A stretch of 64,000 bases of DNA, taken from an uncultured virus (IMG/VR IMGVR_UViG_3300035670_000097) (taxonomy: Duplodnaviria > Heunggongvirae > Uroviricota > Caudoviricetes). The DNA is taken from the IMG/VR virus record IMGVR_UViG_3300035670_000097, positions 1-64,000 of that record. One strand, given 5' to 3'. Position 1 is the first letter of the stretch, and each line of letters opens with the position of its first letter. Shown here piece by piece: positions 31,064-39,220 of this stretch. The translations under genes were made by a program, and so were the position numbers. Under the pieces are notes generated by a model, which saw nothing but the letters and a program-made list of their open reading frames with translations, was not told where the DNA came from and searched no databases.

Positions 31064-31345
31064 TTATTTTTCGTATATCTCTTGTAGCAATTCTTTGAAA
31101 TACTCGTTAATTATTTCTTTGCTTTCCGCAATAGAAAGAATCTCTGCTAGTCCTGCGAATAATTCTTTGCTGTTTTGTAGATCAAGAGCGAAAGAAATAC
31201 CGGTGCCAGAAGGAAGCCATTCTTCGTCAAAACTTAAGTAGTACTTTCGTAGATGTAGATATTCGATTCCATTAAATTCGTTTACTACTAAACGTATTTG
31301 ATGATGCTCTCCGTCCTCAATAATGCGTTGATATATATCAGTCAT
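31064..31345 (-). CDS. PC4/p15-like ssDNA-binding protein
   Basis: EFNGIEYLHLRKYY...W.P...GISF motif. Confidence 0.75.
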   Translation of the reverse strand: MTDIYQRIIEDGEHHQIRLVVNEFNGIEYLHLRKYYLSFDEEWLPSGTGISFALDLQNSKELFAGLAEILSIAESKEIINEYFKELLQEIYEK

Positions 31346-31601
31346 TGTTGAGAATTGAGCTCAAAGGAGCTACACTAGTTATATTGTCAGGCGTCATAAG
31401 ACGATAAGAGTCTGTATCCCAGCAAAACATGAGCACTGTGCTAGAGCTCTCTTTTGCTCGATTGTTTTTGCTTTGAATATACTCATTGTTGAAATCCAGC
31501 GTACAAACATTATACTTAACTTTATTGGAATTTGGGCTTCGATAAGTAATAATGGCGTCGCCATACTCGTTTAATAACTGTTTTAATTCTTCTTTTTTCA
31601 T
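31338..31601 (-). CDS. Conserved T5-like hypothetical protein
   Basis: YNVCTLDF and FCWDTDSYR motifs; T5-like synteny. Confidence 0.55.
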   Translation of the reverse strand: MKKEELKQLLNEYGDAIITYRSPNSNKVKYNVCTLDFNNEYIQSKNNRAKESSSTVLMFCWDTDSYRLMTPDNITSVAPLSSILNND

Positions 31602-31669
31602 TCTACATTCCTTAGAAAGTATTGCAAAACTTATTTAGCAGGGACTTTCTTTGTTAGTTTCTGTAGACG

Positions 31670-31702
31670 AAAAAAGACCGGGAAGGTGTTACCCTTCCCG
31701 GC
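31670..31702 (-). terminator. Rho-independent terminator after the D3-like gene
   Basis: CCGGGAAGG/CCTTCCCGG stem plus T run on the minus strand. Confidence 0.7.
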
Positions 31703-31715
31703 AATTTTAGAAGTA

Positions 31716-32159
31716 TTACGCAGCTTTTGCGCTACCCAACACTTCTGCAAAGTAAAGAGCCGCCTTGCCAGTAAGTTTCTCGATAATCTCGGCATTTGGC
31801 TCGAGGCCAAGATCCCGAATTGCTGCTTCGAGCTGTTCGAAGGCTACGGTCTTGCTAACCTTTGAACTACCTTCTGACTTCGAAGCCTTAGCCCCAGACC
31901 CCGCTGCGGCTTCCTTCTTAATATATACGCCTGCTTTGGTAAGAATCATTCGAACTCCGTTCGGAGACTCGTCGAGTTCTTCTGCAATGTCCTTCACGAT
32001 CTCCATCGAATTTTCTGGAGTCGGTTCTGCTTCTTCATACATGCGAATTGCTTCTGCCCGTTTTTCGTCATCCCACGCCACTTTTCGTCTCCTTTTGCCT
32101 GTTACACCAATCGTAGAACCCGTTGCTCTAAGTTGAGCTTCGTAAAATCTATCGCCCAT
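31716..32159 (-). CDS. T5 D3-like protein
   Basis: SMEIVKDIAEEL.ESPNGVRMIL.KAGVY and KLTGKAA.YF motifs; preceded by a TTGACT-N17-TATAAT promoter (32184-32212). Confidence 0.7.
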   Translation of the reverse strand: MGDRFYEAQLRATGSTIGVTGKRRRKVAWDDEKRAEAIRMYEEAEPTPENSMEIVKDIAEELDESPNGVRMILTKAGVYIKKEAAAGSGAKASKSEGSSKVSKTVAFEQLEAAIRDLGLEPNAEIIEKLTGKAALYFAEVLGSAKAA

Positions 32160-32224
32160 GTCTTTTTCTCATTTTGAGAATATATTATAGAGCCTATAGC
32201 AACGAAAGTCAACACTTATTTATA

Positions 32225-32482
32225 TCACTGGTCAAATTTAGTTAATTCTTCGAGAGTTGCTTCACGAATTTTCCGACACCGTTCTTTGCTGAATACACAC
32301 AGATAGAAGAAGATCGGACTGAACAATGTAGACATGCCTAGTGCAAGCAGGTAATAAATTGTTGCAGCGATAAAACTCGGTCTGCGAAAACTGGTTCGCA
32401 TGTAGTCTCGTCGAATCGGATAAAAAATCTCTTTAATTGCAAGAATGTTTGTAGCTACTGCGAACGCGATAAAGTACATCAT
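32225..32482 (-). CDS. Small membrane protein
   Basis: 85 aa with two hydrophobic segments. Confidence 0.45.
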   Translation of the reverse strand: MMYFIAFAVATNILAIKEIFYPIRRDYMRTSFRRPSFIAATIYYLLALGMSTLFSPIFFYLCVFSKERCRKIREATLEELTKFDQ

Positions 32483-33159
32483 ATGTATTTAAAAGACACT
32501 CCGTATTGTTCCAAATGTTTTAGTTTGCCCAGATCGTACCCAGGCACGTATGCAAAAAATCCGCCAAACTCAACAGAAGGAAAATACGTAGCAGTACTTT
32601 CCATTTTTTCTGTGATATACACTCGATAGCACTTAGAGCCGTATCGTTCCGTGTAAACTGGCTCAGTCATCTCTTTTTCAACTCGACAAGGTGCATGATA
32701 CTTTGCTGACCAAGCGATCTCTCCTATAGCAAACTCTTCTCCGACGCACTCTTCTGGCAGCATAGCAATTTTATGCTTATCGTCTCCAGTTATTTTTTCA
32801 GGAATACCGATTCTAGCTACAACATTTTTTACAAATGCTGGCGAACGGTAGATGCGTTTTGAGATTGCGGCAACATTGTCTCCTTCTAGAAGAGATTCCG
32901 CAATATTGCGTATTTCTTCTGGTTGAGCAGGCTTGCCGCGGCGCTCTTTCTTTCTTTTCGCCGTATTTTCCTGATCTTCTTTCCAGTTTGAAAGAATTGT
33001 ATTTAGACGAGTTGTGTTGTACGATATGTTCAATATCTCGCAAGCCTCTTTCTTTGAAATCGGCTTTTCCGAGTTTTCTAACAGTTCGATAACTCGACTG
33101 ATATTAGCATCAGTAAGCTTTTCGCTTGCTTGCTTTTTTACTCGTTTTTGAACTTTCAT
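32479..33159 (-). CDS. T5 D2-like protein
   Basis: KKEACEILNISYNTTRL and YRSPAFVK motifs; T5-like synteny. Confidence 0.7.
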   Translation of the reverse strand: MKVQKRVKKQASEKLTDANISRVIELLENSEKPISKKEACEILNISYNTTRLNTILSNWKEDQENTAKRKKERRGKPAQPEEIRNIAESLLEGDNVAAISKRIYRSPAFVKNVVARIGIPEKITGDDKHKIAMLPEECVGEEFAIGEIAWSAKYHAPCRVEKEMTEPVYTERYGSKCYRVYITEKMESTATYFPSVEFGGFFAYVPGYDLGKLKHLEQYGVSFKYI

Positions 33160-33161
33160 TT

Positions 33162-34340
33162 TTACTCTTGCGTTTCACTTTCCGAAGGTGTGCAACCCTT
33201 AACAAAGCTCTCAGGACAGTTTACATTTGGAAATGACCCTCCAACAGAACGAATAAAAGGAAGTACTCCAGTTTGCCACTGTTGAGTCGGCCCCCCATTC
33301 CAAGTATTACGTTGCCATGAGATATGTGTAGCTTTCAAATCATACGCTGCCTTATCATAAATTCCCGTAGGCTCGTACTTTTTAAGATCGCTTTCCACAT
33401 TGAACATGATAGGTACTTTTCCTCGAAAATCTACTTCTCCTGTAGCTCCTACGATTAGAGCTTGAGAGGCGTTTGTACTTGCCGCTGGAGTTGCCAGAAT
33501 AATATCTGGCCCGCCTAGTGCATACTGATAGCGCAACGACTCATTATGCAGTCTTACAAATAAACTCTGACTAGGCCAATAGTTTGTCGATAGCCGAACT
33601 ATAGTTCGCGGCCAAGCAGCTCGTGATGCTTGCATCAATCTTAGATATTGATCTGTGGCTGCTGTAGACGAAAACCCCGGAAGATTAGTAACAGTACCCC
33701 CTAATGCAGTCTCGGCTGTAGCAATTGCTTCAAAGTTTGGGTGTGAATCGTATCGCTCTCCCAATGCTTGATACAGTGCAATTAGCCGATCCATCACAGC
33801 AGGATTCCATACACGAGTCGCAAATCGGGTGCCATCATTGTAGACGGAATAGTCGCCCCCACCATATTCTTCAGTCTGAATATAAGCCGGAGAAGGCTTC
33901 AGTCTTCCTCCAAAAGAACGAGTCCATACTTCTAATATAATTTGCTTGTTTACAGACTCAGCTCTATCTAACAGAGCGTCCAAAGCTAGAAAATCATATT
34001 CACCCTTTCGAGGCTCTAGTTCGTTCCAATAGTAACGTACCTGAAGACCTCTAATAGAGGGCTCTTCAGCAATTTCATCCAAATATGCAAGACGTTTAAG
34101 CAGCCCCGCTCCATTATCTGAAATTACATAATGCCCAGGATTCCATTTAATGGCCGAAGAAACTTCGCCCGGCTCATCAACCCCGCTACAGCTTGTGCCT
34201 ATATCACACAGTGAAGGCGCATCAGGAGTAGAAGCGTATGTTGGCGTGAGTGCGAGCACGCTCGAAATCATCATTGCTAATGCTGTTCGTTTCGCTAATA
34301 GTTTTGATTCTATCATGATTCTATCCACTCGTATCCGCAC
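33162..34340 (-). CDS. Secreted glycoside hydrolase-like TIM-barrel protein (GH42/GH35-like); start uncertain
   Basis: Signal-peptide-like N-terminus; KWNPGHY, WNELEPRKGEYDF and RYDSHPNFE..ATAET motifs. Confidence 0.6.
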   Translation of the reverse strand: MRIRVDRIMIESKLLAKRTALAMMISSVLALTPTYASTPDAPSLCDIGTSCSGVDEPGEVSSAIKWNPGHYVISDNGAGLLKRLAYLDEIAEEPSIRGLQVRYYWNELEPRKGEYDFLALDALLDRAESVNKQIILEVWTRSFGGRLKPSPAYIQTEEYGGGDYSVYNDGTRFATRVWNPAVMDRLIALYQALGERYDSHPNFEAIATAETALGGTVTNLPGFSSTAATDQYLRLMQASRAAWPRTIVRLSTNYWPSQSLFVRLHNESLRYQYALGGPDIILATPAASTNASQALIVGATGEVDFRGKVPIMFNVESDLKKYEPTGIYDKAAYDLKATHISWQRNTWNGGPTQQWQTGVLPFIRSVGGSFPNVNCPESFVKGCTPSESETQE

Positions 34341-34502
34341 TCATAACATTCGTAACCAATATGGTCTAGTTCACCTTTATTATCTTCGTATACGTCATCA
34401 ACAGTTTGAAGTTGTGCATTGCACAGAGGACAATGATACGTTACAAAGTTAATGTGAGTCACTACTCTGGGCTGAGGCAGATTTTTAAGTACAGCTTTCA
34501 TA

Positions 34503-35111
34503 TTATCTTCCTGAAATTCTCCTATCGTAACTAGCAAAAGATTCGTCCCACCATTCGGGTTTATTTCTAAACTTCCACTGAGCAAACGTTGCTTTGTCGA
34601 GCATATAAAAATATCTATAAGTTTGAACAGGGTCGTTTGGATTTCTTAGTTCTGGCGGGAAATGTTGGGATAAAGCTAACGCAAATTGCGTTAGCCCCAA
34701 ATTGGGCATATTGTTAGGAATATTGAAATTCTTTACAATATGCTCGAGTTCACGAATTTTTCCATATCTATAGGTGTACTCATCACAAAGCTCTGCCGCA
34801 TAATTAAAAGTGTAGGCATAGTTTTCATATGACGAGCGCACCCAGATAGTACACGGATGATTATACATAGTAGGCAGATACGGCGACAAAGGCCTCTCTG
34901 GTAAAGGAAGGGGAGCGATTTCTTTCTTCGCTTTATTAAGAATACCAGTTTCTTCTTTGGTAAGAGCACGAGGAACAAAACCTAATAGTTTATCTACCCA
35001 TAGAGCTGTGCTCATCATTTGAGCAGCTTCAAGCGGCATTTTCACTACATGCTTATCGACATGATATTCAATACTTTTTTTAAGATCGTGGTCGAGAATA
35101 AAGATGTTCAC
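34503..35111 (-). CDS. Pyrimidine dimer DNA glycosylase/DenV-like family protein
   Basis: MNIFILD...DKHVVKMPLEAAQM, NHPCTIW, EYTYRYGK and DPVQTYR motifs; promoter TTGACT-N17-TATAAT at 35138-35166. Confidence 0.65.
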   Translation of the reverse strand: MNIFILDHDLKKSIEYHVDKHVVKMPLEAAQMMSTALWVDKLLGFVPRALTKEETGILNKAKKEIAPLPLPERPLSPYLPTMYNHPCTIWVRSSYENYAYTFNYAAELCDEYTYRYGKIRELEHIVKNFNIPNNMPNLGLTQFALALSQHFPPELRNPNDPVQTYRYFYMLDKATFAQWKFRNKPEWWDESFASYDRRISGR

Positions 35112-35311
35112 TAAAGTTCTCTGACATTGAAAGATATATTATATATAATTGACGTAATAAAGTCAAGAAACTTTTTCTAAAATTTGAGGCGTAGCTTTAA
35201 AATTAAATACCTGAGTACGAGTCTACAGCGTTCATCCGAAAGTTCACTTACAGTGAGTTCCTGATTCATAAGCTGCTGTAAAATTTTCTCGTACTCAGGC
35301 TTAATCATTAG

Positions 35312-35491
35312 TTATTCCTTATCATCCATTCCTTCTGTGTCTGAGTAAGCCCCAGATTTACCTCGATGTTGGTTCCAGGTAGAATAACAAACTGCAACTG
35401 CTTGCTGCTGATCGCGGCCTTCTCTTATAACTTCTGGCACACAGCGGGCAATAAAAGACTCTTCCGTTTCGTTTTTTCTAGGTTTTGGCAT
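35312..35491 (-). CDS. Small protein absent from the ORF track (59 aa, MPKPRKNETEESFIARC...QAVAVCYSTW)
   Basis: Manual translation; overlaps the end of the upstream ORF. Confidence 0.6.
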   Translation of the reverse strand: MPKPRKNETEESFIARCVPEVIREGRDQQQAVAVCYSTWNQHRGKSGAYSDTEGMDDKE

Positions 35492-35921
35492 TATTTGATC
35501 TCATCAACTCTACATAACTAGAGAGTTCTCCTACTAGCTCCTCGATACGATCGAGCAACGAGTCAAAACTTTCATCGTCTTCGTCATCTTCATATGCAAC
35601 TTTATCGTTATTCAATTGCTCTACTTTATTTCGAGCCCAAGACTGCCCAGGATCACCTCCCCATAAAGCCCAGGCAATTCTCCCAGCACTAGGGTACCCC
35701 TGCTCTCCTGGGGAAAATCCTTGGCCTTGCTTATCGACTTCGTGTCGAGAAAAATAAGAATGCATACGCCGAACCGTGCGCGGAGAAAGATTTTCTTTTC
35801 GAATCAATTGATTTGCACGAGTGACTCCTACAATCGTACCACCTCGATTATATTCTTTGCGCCACTCTAAACCCCGCTTGGCTTCGGCTGCCATTGCATC
35901 TGTAGGAACTAAATCTACCAT
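35478..35921 (-). CDS. Conserved phage hypothetical protein (motif seen in head-morphogenesis-associated proteins)
   Basis: PTDAMAAEAKRGLEWR, RMHSYFSRHEVDK and IAWALWGGD motifs; GGAG RBS. Confidence 0.55.
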   Translation of the reverse strand: MVDLVPTDAMAAEAKRGLEWRKEYNRGGTIVGVTRANQLIRKENLSPRTVRRMHSYFSRHEVDKQGQGFSPGEQGYPSAGRIAWALWGGDPGQSWARNKVEQLNNDKVAYEDDEDDESFDSLLDRIEELVGELSSYVELMRSNNAKT

Positions 35922-35934
35922 TGTTTACTCCATA

Positions 35935-36010
35935 TGGTGCTTCGAGATGGGATTGAACCATCGACCTGACGCTTATAAGACGCCCGCTCTTACCCCTGAG
36001 CTACCGAAGC
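35935..36010 (-). tRNA. tRNA-Ile(UAU)
   Basis: 76 nt cloverleaf GCTTCGG...CGAAGC-ACCA; anticodon loop CT-TAT-AA; T loop GTTCAATC. Confidence 0.8.
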
Positions 36011-36014
36011 GAAT

Positions 36015-36091
36015 TGGTGGGCTGTCTGGGATTCGAACCCAGGACACCCTGGTTAAAAGCCAGGTGCTCTAACCAACTGAGCTAACAGCCC
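36015..36091 (-). tRNA. tRNA-Lys(UUU)
   Basis: 77 nt; CCTGG-CTTTTAA-CCAGG anticodon arm, GGTTCGAATCC T arm, encoded CCA. Confidence 0.95.
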
Positions 36092-36097
36092 TTACGA

Positions 36098-36171
36098 TGG
36101 TGCGGCTTGAGAGAATCGAACTCTCACCTCTAGCTTGGAAGGCTAGGGCACTACCTTTATGCAAAAGCCGC
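36098..36171 (-). tRNA. tRNA-Gly(UCC)
   Basis: 74 nt; CTAGC-CTTCCAA-GCTAG anticodon arm, GTTCGATTC T loop, encoded CCA. Confidence 0.9.
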
Positions 36172-36542
36172 TAAAGGGGAATTTCTGCTAGCCCAGATTC
36201 GCGATCTAGGTACTTGTAAGACACGTTGACTGGCTCAAATTCTTCCAGCGCCTGAAACACATCTCTTGGGTCCATAGGACCACAGGTATATACGTCAAGT
36301 TGAATAAGTCCAGGATTCGTTTCATCCCAAACATGAATCGCAATATGACTGGTCTCGATAATCACAACTCCAGTCAATCCACGATTTCCTTCGACATTTA
36401 AATAATGAGAAATAGGACCTTTACAAATTTTCATGCCAATCTTAGAGACTAGCGTAGTCATCCAGTGCTCCAAGTGCTCTGTAGCCGTTGGAGGATTTAG
36501 TACTTCTGCGCGAATGATTAAATGTACGTGTACAAGGTGCAT
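36171..36542 (-). CDS. speD: S-adenosylmethionine decarboxylase proenzyme family (pyruvoyl-dependent)
   Basis: GLTGVVIIETSHIAIHVW...QLDVYTCG, containing the self-cleavage Ser. Confidence 0.8.
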   Translation of the reverse strand: MHLVHVHLIIRAEVLNPPTATEHLEHWMTTLVSKIGMKICKGPISHYLNVEGNRGLTGVVIIETSHIAIHVWDETNPGLIQLDVYTCGPMDPRDVFQALEEFEPVNVSYKYLDRESGLAEIPL

Positions 36543-36551
36543 ATATTTCTC

Positions 36552-36761
36552 TTAAAAATGTTTTGTCAAAATCTGTAGTTTTTCTTCCCACTCTGCTAGA
36601 ATTGCTACTTCCTGATCAATTGTTTTCATAATATCAGGATGCTCGCCAACTCCAACATGATTGTTCAATAGAATTTCAATATTTACTTTATGAAATTCTA
36701 TCTCTGCTTCGTACTTTTGTTTGAGAGCCTTTAAAATATTACTGCGATGAGTTATGCTCAT
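36552..36761 (-). CDS. Conserved phage hypothetical protein
   Basis: N.VGVGEHPDI motif; start refined to MSITH because the longer listed ORF overlaps tRNA-Leu. Confidence 0.6.
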   Translation of the reverse strand: MSITHRSNILKALKQKYEAEIEFHKVNIEILLNNHVGVGEHPDIMKTIDQEVAILAEWEEKLQILTKHF

Positions 36762-36827
36762 ATAATTCTCTAAAAGTGGTGCGGGTAGCCGGACTCGAAC
36801 CGGCACGCTATAAAAGCGACAGATTTT

Positions 36828-37476
36828 CTTACCACTACGTGTTTCCACGCCATTACTGTTTGTGGTCTGGACTTTGTCTTTACCATAGTGTTTCCACTTT
36901 AGGTACCTCGTGTAAAGTCTCTACACTCGTCTTTCGACTAGCACGGCGTTGCCATGACTAAAGGTTTCACCGTTTTAGCGAGGTCCACTTACTAAGTTTC
37001 CCTAGTAAGGCTCTTATTTGTATAGTGCGTTACAATAACTTCTTGCGAGCTAAAAGTTTCTATATTTTGAGAAGCTTTCCCAGCGCAGCTTCTGCTGCAA
37101 AACGGCCCTTTTTTCCTTTGCTTCTATTATGTTTAGCATCGTGTAGCTTTCTCCCTTCTAGGATAAAACTAGAATGGCACACTTCACATATAAAAGTTTG
37201 AGAGCCTATTCGTTTTGCGTCAAGTTTTGCATGTGCTGAGCGGTCAATAACCGCTAAGTTATCAATATCGTTATTAGTAACGTCTCCGTCAATGTGGTCT
37301 ACGGTTTCATTTTTGGTAAACTTTCTACCAATATGGTTTTCCATAATAAACTTAGGATATGAAACAGTTTTCTTTGTTCCATCAAGAAACACAATAACTA
37401 TTCTAGATCTATTATCCTTAGCTATGTAGGGGCCATATATTTTTTTAATATTTTCGTAAACCATACACTATACTAA
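36828..37476 (-). mobile_element. Group I intron (IC3-like) in tRNA-Leu(UAA), encoding an HNH endonuclease
   Basis: Exon ends in U and intron ends in G. IGS GAG, P2 CCTTACTAGG-GAAA-CTTAGTAAG, P AAAACGGTGAAACC, Q GGCAACGCCGTGC, R GTGTAGAGACT, S AAGACAAAGTCC. Confidence 0.9.
37060..37464 (-). CDS. Intron-encoded HNH homing endonuclease (extends to 36992 if -1 frameshifted)
   Basis: VDHIDGDVTNNDIDNL...H HNH motif and CEVC zinc-finger half. Confidence 0.85.
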   Translation of the reverse strand: MVYENIKKIYGPYIAKDNRSRIVIVFLDGTKKTVSYPKFIMENHIGRKFTKNETVDHIDGDVTNNDIDNLAVIDRSAHAKLDAKRIGSQTFICEVCHSSFILEGRKLHDAKHNRSKGKKGRFAAEAALGKLLKI

Positions 37477-37514
37477 AAGTCTGTTGTGTCTACCGATTCC
37501 ACCATACCCGCGTA

Positions 37515-37670
37515 TCAATCATACCAATGGCGAAGCACTCCCGCCATAATTACAAAGTTTGTAAGCAGAGTGACTATTACTATCACTGTACGAATCAAAG
37601 CTATAGTGTTTGCTTCTTTGTCCGTACTGCCGCTTTTTTCGCCTAGAGCTTTTGCCCAAAGTCTCCACAT
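37515..37670 (-). CDS. Small membrane protein (MWRLWAKALG...)
   Basis: Start refined downstream of tRNA-Thr; C-terminal hydrophobic helix. Confidence 0.5.
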   Translation of the reverse strand: MWRLWAKALGEKSGSTDKEANTIALIRTVIVIVTLLTNFVIMAGVLRHWYD

Positions 37671-37673
37671 ATT

Positions 37674-37749
37674 TGGTGCTCCCAGAGAGAATCGAACTCC
37701 CAACCTACTGATTACAAATCAGTTGCTCTACCTGTTGAGCTATGGAAGC
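37674..37749 (-). tRNA. tRNA-Thr(UGU)
   Basis: 76 nt; ACTGA-TTTGTAA-TCAGT anticodon arm and encoded CCA; promoter TTGACT-N17-TATACT at ~37787-37815. Confidence 0.9.
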
Positions 37750-38092
37750 CAAAAATTGCCGAATGCTCTTTTCAAATTTGAAATATAGTATACTTAAAAA
37801 AACTAAAAAAGTCAACATATATTTTAGGATATCTTTTTATTTTTGTAAGGGTTATCTTGATAGAAGGTTTTTTGAATCATCCAATTGCATGGATAGTGAA
37901 ACACATCTTTTGTTGCAGTAAAAAGCACTGTTTGATAGTCCAGCTCAAGATAACTGAGCCAGCCTGGTTGAGTTTTTTCAATTTGTTTTTTTGAAAGAAC
38001 ATCCAAAATTTTATATGGCTCAGAAACTATACATACGTCTACTCCAATAAATTGAAAGTATACTGGATGCCATGTTATGGTAGCAATTGATC

Positions 38093-38497
38093 CTATTGGG
38101 TGCATAATTGATTATGTACTATGATTGCCTCTTCTGGCGTGGAAACAACAATCGAATCAATATTTTCATAATTGTTTCGAAATGCAACTGCTAGTCTTTG
38201 ATTTCCAAATAGACAAAGATATGGTTTTTTGGAGTCGTAAAGCGATAAGCAGTTTTCATCGACCGACTGCTTACCGTGATTGTAGGCTTCTAAAGTATTT
38301 TCTGTAACTATAATTGGATGTTTCATTCCATTTACTAGTATATCGTTTTCCAACTCATAAAAGTTTGGTTGAATTAGTCTACTTTCATGAGTAACAAAGT
38401 TTGCTATAGAACTTACTGGTAGATTTACTACATAGTATGTAGTTGTAACTATCTCAAGCAAAGGAGTGGCTCGAGTTATTGTAAAGCTATCTTTCAT
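38093..38497 (-). CDS. Hypothetical protein, possible ParB-like fold
   Basis: I..NGMKHPIIV...GNQRLAVA resembles ParB-N motifs. Confidence 0.4.
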   Translation of the reverse strand: MKDSFTITRATPLLEIVTTTYYVVNLPVSSIANFVTHESRLIQPNFYELENDILVNGMKHPIIVTENTLEAYNHGKQSVDENCLSLYDSKKPYLCLFGNQRLAVAFRNNYENIDSIVVSTPEEAIIVHNQLCTQ

Positions 38498-38810
38498 GAA
38501 TGCTTCGATAGAAGAGTATCACGCTCTGCGATTCTTTGATGTATCGCCGCAATTCCTGCACATTGTGAGACAGGTTTTCGTAGCCTTTTGGCGTAATCGC
38601 AAAAAACGGTTCATTTCCTGCTTTTGCTAAAAACTCGTCTAAATTTTTTTCTGATACGACATAAAATTCTACAGACCGTAATGTAACCGCACTTACGGGC
38701 GCGGCATGAATTATTGGAGTCGGTTCGCAGTAGTTCGGCGCAAGCTCAGGCTTTTGCTGCAAAAGCGAGCATCCGCTTAAAAGTGTTGCACAAATTATAA
38801 GTTTTTTCAC
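38487..38810 (-). CDS. Outer-membrane lipoprotein spanin (o-spanin-like)
   Basis: Lipobox LLSG-C; overlaps the upstream membrane/coiled-coil gene; follows a lysozyme gene. Confidence 0.7.
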   Translation of the reverse strand: MKKLIICATLLSGCSLLQQKPELAPNYCEPTPIIHAAPVSAVTLRSVEFYVVSEKNLDEFLAKAGNEPFFAITPKGYENLSHNVQELRRYIKESQSVILFYRSIHER

Positions 38811-39220
38811 TTTAAAAGCTCAGTTTGAAATTGCTGAGTTTCAGCCTCTATAGTGTCAAATACTTGCTGCGTCGCCCGATTCACTCGTATTTGTATCAGA
38901 TTTGGCTTAGCCGCCGATAATTTTGTTAAATCGTGTTTTTGAAATATTTCTTGTGCTTTAGCTGCTTCTTCTCTAATTTTCACCGTGCGAGCATTTAAAT
39001 TATTGAGCTCTAGTGTTTGAGTATTAATGCTTTGAGAAATTCGTTCAAGTGAAGTCGAAAGTTGTTGAATTTGATAAGTTCGCACTTGTAGTTGTGCTTG
39101 AAGAGTTTTATTTGAATTTGAAAGATTATTTACGAAAATATATAAATATGTAAATAATCCTAGAGTACCAAGAATAAAAACGAGGTTAAGAATTCTTTTA
39201 AATTCCAATAGAAAGTTCAT
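38807..39220 (-). CDS. Inner-membrane spanin (i-spanin-like)
   Basis: N-terminal transmembrane helix followed by a long coiled coil. Confidence 0.7.
   Translation of the reverse strand: MNFLLEFKRILNLVFILGTLGLFTYLYIFVNNLSNSNKTLQAQLQVRTYQIQQLSTSLERISQSINTQTLELNNLNARTVKIREEAAKAQEIFQKHDLTKLSAAKPNLIQIRVNRATQQVFDTIEAETQQFQTELLK

Larger units (their letters stand above)
36777..37511 (-). tRNA. tRNA-Leu(UAA), split by an intron after U34
   Basis: Exon 1 37511-37477 (GCGGGTATGGTGGAATCGGTAGACACAACAGACTT) plus exon 2 36827-36777 (AAAATCTGTCGC...GGTTCGAGTCCGGCTACCCGCACCA) joins to an 86 nt type II tRNA with ACAGA-CTTAAAA-TCTGT anticodon arm. Confidence 0.9.

Noticed and set aside
36776..36961. Plus-strand ORFs over RNA genes (36776..36961, 35821..36072, 37486..37788, 40850..41032)
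   Set aside because: Antisense translations of tRNA, intron and tmRNA sequences.
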